Below, in pieces: positions 16,099-23,607 of a stretch of 25,394 nucleotides of DNA. The stretch spans positions 143,252 to 168,645 of the forward strand of contig JAYOTF010000002.1 in NCBI GenBank assembly GCA_038150265.1, in the 5' to 3' direction. Made by a program: the position numbers and the translations under genes. The notes beneath the pieces are model-generated. The model made no database searches. It was given only the letters and a program-made list of their open reading frames with translations, and had not been told where the DNA came from. Position 1 is the first letter of the stretch; each line of letters begins with the position of its first letter. Source of the stretch: Deltaproteobacteria bacterium (GTDB lineage Bacteria > SAR324 > NAC60-12).

Positions 16099-16853
16099 GC
16101 ACTGCACTCCCGAAATCCCGAGCCCCCCACTTTCCGGAAACAAGACGGATCTCGCTCCGCTCCGAAGGCGTTCGGCGGTTCCGGACCCAATCCGGCAGGC
16201 AAGGAGGCTTCTCCTTCAAGCTGGACGGATTCCGACCTTCCGTGGCTTCTGCCACTTCAGATAAACCTCTCCCCCTCCGGACCTGACTAGGCCGAATCCA
16301 CCGAGTTCTCCAAGCGCCACCGAAACGAGACCCGGGGCGTCCTGGAGTGAGTGGCACCCACCTCCGGGACCGGTCAAAGGCATCCCGGAGTCCGGATCAG
16401 GCCTGTCGTCCAAGGGGAACGGTCCGCTTTCGATGGAAAGCTTCCGGGCCCTGTTGGGAGCAGCACCTGGCACAGACACCAGCAAACACTTCGACAGCAT
16501 CACCGATGGTTCGTGAAGACGAATGAAGGCCCAGCCTCCTCATGGAGTTCAGGACAGAATCCGAGGAGCCATGGGGCGTCAGCAGCAGGCCCACCAAGGC
16601 AACCAAGGGTGTGGAGGGAAGACACAGGTCTGGGAAAACACTCCGGGGCTCAAGAGGTCGAGCAGGCCGACCTCTCCCTTGAGTCGCAGAGTCTGAAAAC
16701 TCGACCAGCGGGCAGCCTTGCTTCAGAAGAAGCACCTGTCCGGATGAGCCTCAGTTGTTCCCCACAGGGATGCGTCTGTCCTCCGACGGTTCCTTGAGGA
16801 GCGCCACGAACACCAGTCCGGGGCCGCGTTTCAGGAAAACGGGAGTGCAGTGC
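16099..16853 (+). ncRNA. Candidate large structured non-coding RNA (755 nt), class unknown
   Basis: Perfect 14-bp end-to-end helix 16099-16112/16840-16853; more than 15 nested helices; G-U wobbles and A-rich loops favour the + strand; no credible CDS. Confidence 0.55.
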
Positions 16854-17004
16854 AAGCTATCAAAGACCGATTATGGATCAGCTGCTTCTTCCAGAAGGAG
16901 CCAAACCAGGGACTCTTGAGGCGAATGGGACACCTCTCGAAGTTCCCTGATAGGGGAATCGGCATTTGAGGGGAAAACTTTAGGAGGAAAAGAGAAAAAG
17001 CGAA

Positions 17005-18603
17005 TCAGCGCAGGCCCAGGCGGGCATTGACCTGTTCAGGGGTGAGGACTTCATCGAGGAATTCACCGTTGCTCATCCGGAGGCGGACGCCTTCGGCATT
17101 TTGGTAGAGTTGGACGGTTTCGCCTTCTGAGGACTGCACCTCAAGGGCATAGACCGACTCTCCGTTGAGGTTTTCCGGAACAATGCGGCTGTTCGGGGTG
17201 GCCAGTCGGGTGGCGGTGCGCTTCAGGCTGTCCACCTGCTGCTTGAGGCGCTGGAGGGTTTGCTGGAGCTCATCAATCGAGAGCAGCTCCTTGACCTGTC
17301 CCTTCCAGAACATGAAGTAGCTCCCGGCCTGAGCAAAGGCAAAGGCGGCATCGCGTCCCAGCTCCGAGAGGAAGCTCTTCACGGCTTCCGACCGCTCCCG
17401 GTCGTTGCCATGCGAGAGGGCCATCAGCCGTGAGTCATTCTGGCGGACCTCGAGGTTGAGGCCAAAGTGATTGATGGTGTCGCGGAGTTCGATCTCCTGA
17501 GGGCCCTGATCCGGAACATTCCGGGCACGCAGGGTGTTGCCCTTGGGCTCAAACTTCAGCTCCTTCAGAGGATTCTTCTGAGGGGCAGGATTCAGCGGCA
17601 TGAGGAGGAACACCAGCAGGCCCACCACTCCAATGCCGGCAAAGAGGAACAGCAGGGGCTTGAAGTTGGTGGGCGGGGGCGGAGTGACCGGCGGAGGCGG
17701 AAGGGGGCTGGACTCGCGCTCCTCCTCCGATTCGGACCGCATGCTCTCAGAGATGATGGGCTCCGGAAAAAGAGACTGAACCTCTTCGATCAGCTGAGCG
17801 TTCCGTTGCTGAACGAGCTGAACCTTCTCCAGCAACTCAAAGCCCTGGGTCCGGAGGAAGATCTGTTGCAGCTCCTGCACCAGGTGCCGGAGGGCAGGGT
17901 GAGGGAACCCGGGCGGAAGCGGCGTTTTCTGGTAACTGGCCGTCCGTTGCCGCAACTCGGCTTCCAGCACAATTCCCATCTGCCGCAGCGCCAGCCACTG
18001 GTCTCGCCGGAAGAGCGGTGGCGCAACCGGGTAGTCGTCCATGTCATCTTCCGAGCTGGTGGCGGCCGTATTGGCGGCTGCGTCCGGCGTCTCATTGGCA
18101 CGGTTGGCCTCGGCACGTTCTCGGGCCCGCTTGCGTCGGGCATTGACCAGCTCCCACTGCTGCTTGTAGACCCGCCACTCTTCCTTGAAGTGGCTCCAGT
18201 TGCTCCGGAGCTGCTCGTTTCCGGCAAAGAAGCGGTTGAACAGTTCGGCAAACTGGGCATAGCCTTGCGGGTCCTTCTTCCGGACCAGAATGGAGAGCTT
18301 CCGGACCTTTTCCAGAAGCGCATCGACTTCTTCAGCCTGTTGGTCGATCTGGTTCCACTCGTCCTGGCTCAGGGGGCTCTTCCAGTCTTCAAGGATGGGG
18401 AAGACGAGCAGCTCCAGGCGGAGCATGTCGAGGAAGATGCGGTTGAGGTCAACGGTGCCGGAGGGGCCCGGATAGGTCTGGGTTTGCTGCTGAACGACCT
18501 CCCAGGCTGTGGCCTGGGCCTTGGTCTTGCGGTCCGGATCCACGAGGTCCAGGAGTTCGTCGAAACGCTCTCCGGTCAGGGGCAGGAGCTGGGGACCGTT
18601 CAT
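17005..18603 (-). CDS. Hypothetical bitopic membrane protein: helical/coiled-coil N-terminal region, Pro-rich linker, one TM helix, C-terminal domain
   Basis: 532 aa; Q/E/L-rich heptads; 'PLPPPPVTPPPP' followed by 'LLFLFAGIGVVGLLVFLLMPL'. Confidence 0.8.
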   Translation of the reverse strand: MNGPQLLPLTGERFDELLDLVDPDRKTKAQATAWEVVQQQTQTYPGPSGTVDLNRIFLDMLRLELLVFPILEDWKSPLSQDEWNQIDQQAEEVDALLEKVRKLSILVRKKDPQGYAQFAELFNRFFAGNEQLRSNWSHFKEEWRVYKQQWELVNARRKRARERAEANRANETPDAAANTAATSSEDDMDDYPVAPPLFRRDQWLALRQMGIVLEAELRQRTASYQKTPLPPGFPHPALRHLVQELQQIFLRTQGFELLEKVQLVQQRNAQLIEEVQSLFPEPIISESMRSESEEERESSPLPPPPVTPPPPTNFKPLLFLFAGIGVVGLLVFLLMPLNPAPQKNPLKELKFEPKGNTLRARNVPDQGPQEIELRDTINHFGLNLEVRQNDSRLMALSHGNDRERSEAVKSFLSELGRDAAFAFAQAGSYFMFWKGQVKELLSIDELQQTLQRLKQQVDSLKRTATRLATPNSRIVPENLNGESVYALEVQSSEGETVQLYQNAEGVRLRMSNGEFLDEVLTPEQVNARLGLR

Positions 18604-18612
18604 CGCGTGGGC

Positions 18613-19374
18613 TCAGGAAGAGGGGGCGGTTGAGGCTGTCTGGCGTCCGGTCAGGCCGTCGATTTCTTCCCGGAGGGAGGATTCCAGCAGCAGCAGTTCT
18701 TGGACAAAGGGCCCAGCCTGCCCCCACTCCGCGCTGTTGTTGAGGAAGTCCGGAGTGAGGGTGGCGGTGCCGCCATACTCCTCTTGCAGGAGCTGCACCA
18801 GGTCGAGTTCCGGGTTCTTTTCTGCGAGGCGGATGAGGCGAAGAGCGCTGTCGAGCTCATCCTGAACACGCTGGAAGGACTCTTGAATCTGCTGCAGCTC
18901 TTCCACCGTGAAGGGCGGGTCGAGCTTCTTGTTTTGCCGGTCGAGGGCAAAGTCGAGGAGGCCGACCCGGATGTTGTACTGCCGGGCGGTCTGCGCAAGG
19001 GTCTGGTAGAAGCGCCGTAGCTCCACGTCATTGTCGGAGTAGGCGAGGTTCTTCCGGTGCCACCAGCGTTGCCAGAAGCGCCGGCGCTTGCGGTGCTGAT
19101 CGAGCTCCTCAAGCTCCTGAGCCAGCTCCTGCAGCTGCGCAATTTCCGGAAGCCGCTGGCGGTACCAGCGCCACCCGAGCCAGGGCAAGATGAGCCAGCT
19201 GCTGAGGACGGCAAGCCAGAAGGGCCAGAAGCGCCGGCGTCGGTAGGCGCTGGAAAGCTGCTGGTAACGGGCCAGGCAGAGGTCACGCTGTTTGTCTTCA
19301 AGCGCATGAATGGTCCGGTCCGAGACCAGGCGCACCGTGCTGGGACGTTTGGAGGAGGATGAGGGAGTTTCCAT
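18613..19374 (-). CDS. Hypothetical membrane-anchored coiled-coil protein (253 aa)
   Basis: Trp-rich hydrophobic segment 'FWPFWLAVLSSWLILPWLGW' flanked by Arg clusters; helical C-terminus; 9 nt from the next gene. Confidence 0.75.
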   Translation of the reverse strand: METPSSSSKRPSTVRLVSDRTIHALEDKQRDLCLARYQQLSSAYRRRRFWPFWLAVLSSWLILPWLGWRWYRQRLPEIAQLQELAQELEELDQHRKRRRFWQRWWHRKNLAYSDNDVELRRFYQTLAQTARQYNIRVGLLDFALDRQNKKLDPPFTVEELQQIQESFQRVQDELDSALRLIRLAEKNPELDLVQLLQEEYGGTATLTPDFLNNSAEWGQAGPFVQELLLLESSLREEIDGLTGRQTASTAPSS

Positions 19375-19457
19375 GTGGGATTAGCACGAGGGACGCCATC
19401 AGGAGCGTGCCTGCGATCAGAAAGCGAGGAGCCTCCGGAGGAACACACGGAAGCGAA

Positions 19458-19482
19458 CCTCCCGGACGGAGTGCCCGGGAGG
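19458..19482 (-). terminator. Putative intrinsic terminator after the HEAT lipoprotein gene
   Basis: 8-bp stem CCTCCCGG/CCGGGAGG with a 9-nt loop, followed on the minus strand by TTCGCTT (weak U-tract). Confidence 0.45.
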
Positions 19483-19507
19483 CCCAAAGGGGAACCCGAG
19501 GAGCCGG

Positions 19508-20374
19508 TTAGAAGCCCCGGATTTGGGTCATGGCAAAGTCGGCGGCATCTCGGATGCGCTCACTGGGGTGAGTGGCCAGGGGCTCCAGGGTCGGAATGGC
19601 CCGGTTGTCCTTGAGCTTGCCGAGGATGCGGATGTGCAGCTCCAGGACGCGGACGTCATCAGGAGAGTTGGTGTAGCCCCTGATGCTTTCCAGCGTTGGG
19701 GCCACAGCCTTGCTGCCCAGCTTGCCCACGGCTTCCACCACCTGCTCCGCGACCTCTTCGTTTTCGAGGTACGGCAGCATCAGCGTGGCCACGCGTGGGT
19801 TCTGCATCTCCTGCAGGAGGGCAAAGGTGTCACGGTTCTCAAAGAAGGACTTCCCCTTGAGGGTGGTGATCAGGGCCTCGGCTGCCGGGGCTCCGACTTG
19901 CAGGAGCACCTTCCGGTAAACGCCACGGTTGGCCTTTTGGGAGGGCAGCGTGTAGCGCCGGACCAGCTCGTCCAGTGCCGGCTGACCGTAGTTGCTGAGG
20001 GCTCCACCAGCGGCCTGCAGGACGTCTGGATCTGCGCTTGGCAGGAGGTCGAGGATGGGCTCAATGCCAGGGGCATAGCGGTTGGCGCCCAGACCCCGGA
20101 CGGCTTCCGCCTGCACACGGTAGTTCGAGTCCCGCAGTCCCCGCAGCATCAGGCGTCCGGCCCGGTCGTTTCCGATCTGGCCTGCCAGCCGGACGGCCCG
20201 ACGGCGCACATCCGGGTTTTCGTTGTCCATCAGCTTTTCTGCCACATCAAGCGCCGCGTCTTCCTGTCCGGCCCGGTACAGGGCTTCGGCGTCGTCAATG
20301 TTCTTGGTGCAGGCGCCCACAGCCAGCACCAGCAGGGTGCTCAGGAGCAAGAGGATCAGGTTCCGCATCTTCAT
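19508..20374 (-). CDS. HEAT/PBS-lyase repeat lipoprotein
   Basis: Lipobox LAVGAC; repeats 'NPDVRRRAVRLAGQIG', 'NYRVQAEAVRGLG', 'ILGKLKDNRAIPTL...SERIRDAADFAM'. Confidence 0.88.
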   Translation of the reverse strand: MKMRNLILLLLSTLLVLAVGACTKNIDDAEALYRAGQEDAALDVAEKLMDNENPDVRRRAVRLAGQIGNDRAGRLMLRGLRDSNYRVQAEAVRGLGANRYAPGIEPILDLLPSADPDVLQAAGGALSNYGQPALDELVRRYTLPSQKANRGVYRKVLLQVGAPAAEALITTLKGKSFFENRDTFALLQEMQNPRVATLMLPYLENEEVAEQVVEAVGKLGSKAVAPTLESIRGYTNSPDDVRVLELHIRILGKLKDNRAIPTLEPLATHPSERIRDAADFAMTQIRGF

Positions 20375-21756
20375 TGGGCACCTCCGGTTCGTTCAATGAC
20401 GATGTCCTTCAGCTCCGGGGCAACCCGAGGCTCCTTGAAGTCGATCTGCTGGGAATCGAGAATGCCCATCAGCTGGTCGGCCAAACGGTCGGGCTTGCCT
20501 GCGTAACGGACCCGGATCGAAACGAGCGAAGGCTGGGCGTCGGCAAGCGTGTTGTCGTAGTCGATGTAGCGGAACTGGTCGCTCTGACGCTGGTCGAGCG
20601 CGCCCCGGAAGCGGCGGACGTCGCGGCTGTTGAAGTCCTTGAGGACGATCTCATACGGCATCAGCTTGTCGCCTCCGACCGAGATGGTGGACATTTCCTT
20701 GATGACCTGAGGAACAAATTCCTTCTTCATGTCGCCGTAGGTGTCTTGCACCAATCCGGTGATCATGGCGGACGGGATCACATTCGGACCGCCGCGGCGT
20801 GCGACGTTGAACAGCGAGTTGGCAAAGGCGCCACCACGTCCGGTGGAGATGTTCTTGGCGGTGACGTTGACCGAGAGGCTCATGTTCGACTGCGGGGTGC
20901 CGCCCAGGGCCTGGATGTTCACTTCAACGACGACCTTGGCCATCTGCTGGAGCAGGGTCAGGCCCGTGGAGTAGAACTCCTCGGAGTTCTGGATCTGGGT
21001 GTTCAGCTGGGCCGAGGCGGCATCGCTTCCGGAGACAAGGGCCAGAAACTGGTCTTTGGAGATGCTCTTGAACTGGTCGCGCAACGTGTCATCGGTCTGC
21101 AGCTGGGTGACCGCGTTCCGGAAGTCCATGGCCCGCAGGCCCCGTTGGTTGAGGTCGGTCTGGATCTGGTTCATCAGCGCATCCTCAATGTCCTGGAACT
21201 TGAATCCGGAAGACGAGAGGTCGATGTCCTTCTTGCTGGTGATGACGACCACCAGGGTGCTGGAGCTGGTGTTGATGAGCTTGAGGTCCTTCTGCAGAGC
21301 AACCAGCACCTTTTGGCGGCTGATCTTGAACGCGGAGTCGATGCCGTAGTACTTGCCGGCAAAGATGCGCTTCTCAGCAGTCACCTCCGAGTCCACAACG
21401 TAGTTTTGCAGATTCTGAGAGAGGTACTGCTCAATCTGCTCATAGTTGTTGTTGTAGGTCTCCTCGGTCAGCAGCTCCCGGACCATCTCGTCCACGGCAT
21501 AGGCGGTGGCGGTGTTGGTGGCCAGGATCTTGGCGGAGCGGATGTCGTTTTGCTTGATGAAGGCCTTGGCCTTGACGCGGATGACCCGGACATCAGGAGA
21601 GTCTTCCCGGAGGGTGACGCGTCCATTGACGTCAGCAAGCGTCAAAAAGTCTTCTGCCTTGGGAGGCGGTGGGGGCGCGTCCTCCAGGAGGCCGGAGCAT
21701 CCGGAGAGGGCCAGCAAGGCCACCGGCAGCAAGGTTCGCAGGATCTGTTTCAACAT
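20371..21756 (-). CDS. Lipoprotein, N-terminal region reminiscent of FlgT-N/LPP20-like domain
   Basis: Lipobox LSGC plus PPPP tether; 'VKAKAFIKQNDIRSAKILATNTATAYAVDEMV...NYVVDSEVTAEK...YYGIDSAFKISRQKV'; strong codon bias; ATGA overlap with the downstream gene; domain call is tentative. Confidence 0.75.
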   Translation of the reverse strand: MLKQILRTLLPVALLALSGCSGLLEDAPPPPPKAEDFLTLADVNGRVTLREDSPDVRVIRVKAKAFIKQNDIRSAKILATNTATAYAVDEMVRELLTEETYNNNYEQIEQYLSQNLQNYVVDSEVTAEKRIFAGKYYGIDSAFKISRQKVLVALQKDLKLINTSSSTLVVVITSKKDIDLSSSGFKFQDIEDALMNQIQTDLNQRGLRAMDFRNAVTQLQTDDTLRDQFKSISKDQFLALVSGSDAASAQLNTQIQNSEEFYSTGLTLLQQMAKVVVEVNIQALGGTPQSNMSLSVNVTAKNISTGRGGAFANSLFNVARRGGPNVIPSAMITGLVQDTYGDMKKEFVPQVIKEMSTISVGGDKLMPYEIVLKDFNSRDVRRFRGALDQRQSDQFRYIDYDNTLADAQPSLVSIRVRYAGKPDRLADQLMGILDSQQIDFKEPRVAPELKDIVIERTGGAQ

Positions 21757-21854
21757 ATTTCCCAAGTCGTACAGGTTGGAGGATTGCGGATTTTTCCGAA
21801 GGATGACATCTTGAAGAAACCACTAAATTACCATTAGGTCCATTGAATGGAAAG

Positions 21855-22709
21855 ATGATAGTTCAGCGCAATTCCGGGCCCGACTCCGGGGGAAAGACGA
21901 AAAAACTACTGATGGGATTCTTGCTTCTTCTCGGAGCAGGAAGCCTGGGCCCCGCCCTGGCAGAAGCCGGGGTGATGCAGTGGGCGGATTTGATGTACCA
22001 GATGAAGGAGCAGGTCAGCTGGGGCGGCATGGAGATTCAGACGCAGGTTCAGGTGTACGACCCCACCCGCAGCGAGCGCGACGCCAAGGGGAACCCGCTT
22101 CCTGTGGAAGTTCCGGCTCGTGGCTACACGCAGACCCTTCACTGGCAAGACAACGGGGTCTTGATGGTGGAAACCTTCGACGCTTCCGGAGCGCTGGTTC
22201 ACCTCTGGTGGGAGCACCATGGTGAGCAGATGGAGTGGTCGGGGAAACCCGGCTTTACGCATGAAGAGGTGCGCTGGCCGTGGCTGGAGTTTGCGTCGCG
22301 GCATCCAGACGTCCGGGAGCAGGCGCTCCGGGAGTGGGGGGTGGAGTCGCTGGCCGTGACCCAGGAGCTGGATGAACAGGAAGCAGTCTTCTACCGCGTT
22401 GGGCATCCGGATTCCGGAGCCTACGCCTGGATTGACCCCAAGACCTTTCAGCTGCATGCGTTGCGGCGGCCGTGGACGGTGCCTCAGGGAAGCTGGCTGC
22501 AGGAGGTCCGCTTTGAGGAGTTCAAGTCCTACCGCCAGCAAGACTATCCTTCCGTGGCCGAGTTCCGCCTCAATGGGAAGCTGTACAAGAAGCTGACGGT
22601 GACCAAGGTTCAGCGGGTGGGCGACCTTCCCCTCGGAACCCTCAGGGAGCAGGTGCTGCAGAAGCAGATCCGCTCGGAATCTCCAGCCTGGAGGGACGAT
22701 GCACGTTAA
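21855..22709 (+). CDS. Hypothetical exported protein, possible LolA-like fold
   Basis: Signal-like segment ending ALA; C-terminus 'EVRFEEFKSYRQQDYPSVAEFRLNGKLYKKLTVTKV' resembles LolA-like beta sheets; start uncertain (21843/21855/21912). Confidence 0.7.
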   Translation: MIVQRNSGPDSGGKTKKLLMGFLLLLGAGSLGPALAEAGVMQWADLMYQMKEQVSWGGMEIQTQVQVYDPTRSERDAKGNPLPVEVPARGYTQTLHWQDNGVLMVETFDASGALVHLWWEHHGEQMEWSGKPGFTHEEVRWPWLEFASRHPDVREQALREWGVESLAVTQELDEQEAVFYRVGHPDSGAYAWIDPKTFQLHALRRPWTVPQGSWLQEVRFEEFKSYRQQDYPSVAEFRLNGKLYKKLTVTKVQRVGDLPLGTLREQVLQKQIRSESPAWRDDAR

Positions 22710-23607
22710 ACGTGGGGCCCTGCTGCTGGGCGCCGTGCTGGCCAGTGCCGTGGCGTTTGGAGCCGATCCGCAGGTCATTGACCGAGTGGCCATTGTGGTC
22801 AACCAGCAGATGCTGACCCTCAGCGAAGTTGAGGAGGCCACTGCTTCTGCAAAGGCGCAGAGCCGCCTGCAACAGCTCCCTCCGGACTTTCAGGACCGGG
22901 TGGTGCAGCAGTTGGTAGAGGAGCTGCTGCTGCTGGACTACGCTCAGGCAAACAGCATTGAGGTCAAGGATCAGGAGGTCGAGGACCGCCTGGCCGCGCT
23001 CGAAGAACGGAACCCGCAGCTTCTCCAGACCTACTCCCGGGTGGAGCTCCAGGAACGCATCGTCAAGGACCTGAAGCGTCAGCGGGTGCTGGGGCGTGAG
23101 GTGGACCCAAAGATTCGGGTTGAGGAGGCAATGGTCCAGACCGCCTGTGAGCAGGAGCGGAGCCTGCAGCGCGAGGTCGAGCTGGGGCAGATCCTCTTCC
23201 GCAAGGACGAAGCCCAGGCTCAGGCTCAGGCCCAGCAGGTCCGCCAGCGGCTTGCCGAGGGAGCAACCTTTGAGAGCCTTGCACGCCTGTACTCCGATGA
23301 CCCGGCGGCTCAGGAAAACGGCGGACGTGTCGGGGTGTTCCGTCGCGGGCAGATTCTTCCAGAGATTGACCAGGCCGCCTTTGCCCTGAAGGTTGGAGAG
23401 GTGAGTGACCTGGTGCAGACGCAGTTCGGGTTTCACCTGCTGACCCTCTTTTCAGAACGCTTCCCGGAAGGCAGCGGGTGCGACAACCTGACGGAAGAGC
23501 GGCGCCGGGCTCTCTCGGATCGGGCCTACCAGCAGGAGCGAGACCGGCTGGCCCGCGAGTTTCTCAGCAAGCTGCGCGAGAACGCTGAGGTCTCAGTTCG
23601 CCTCTGA
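22699..23607 (+). CDS. SurA-like parvulin peptidyl-prolyl isomerase / periplasmic chaperone
   Basis: 'IDRVAIVVNQQMLTLSEV' SurA N-terminus; 'FESLARLYSDD...NGGRVG...AFALKVGEVSDLVQTQFGFHLL' single rotamase domain. Confidence 0.92.
   Translation: MHVKRGALLLGAVLASAVAFGADPQVIDRVAIVVNQQMLTLSEVEEATASAKAQSRLQQLPPDFQDRVVQQLVEELLLLDYAQANSIEVKDQEVEDRLAALEERNPQLLQTYSRVELQERIVKDLKRQRVLGREVDPKIRVEEAMVQTACEQERSLQREVELGQILFRKDEAQAQAQAQQVRQRLAEGATFESLARLYSDDPAAQENGGRVGVFRRGQILPEIDQAAFALKVGEVSDLVQTQFGFHLLTLFSERFPEGSGCDNLTEERRRALSDRAYQQERDRLAREFLSKLRENAEVSVRL

Noticed and set aside
16120..16140. Minus-strand GGAAAGTGGGGGGCTC resembling the RNase P P4 5' strand
   Set aside because: Lacks GAGGAAAGUCC and the matching 3' ACAGAA...CGGCUUA motif; G-U polarity favours the + strand
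16351..16797. 148-aa + strand ORF, and the other short ORFs at 15992..16357, 16030..16290, 16216..16503 and 16397..16735
   Set aside because: Composition rich in S/P/G/R and unlike real proteins, non-ATG starts, no motifs; expected by chance in GC-rich DNA
16745..16800. GAGCC...ACGGTTC resembling group II intron domain V
   Set aside because: Spacing is too long for the ~34-nt domain V hairpin, the 5' arm does not pair properly, and there is no GUGYG 5' end or RT ORF
20038..21837. 599-aa + strand ORF, and similar long antisense ORFs at 1902..3137, 6093..7397, 10683..12239, 17467..18633 and 19523..20506
   Set aside because: Shadow ORFs opposite well-supported genes; a known by-product of high-GC codon bias
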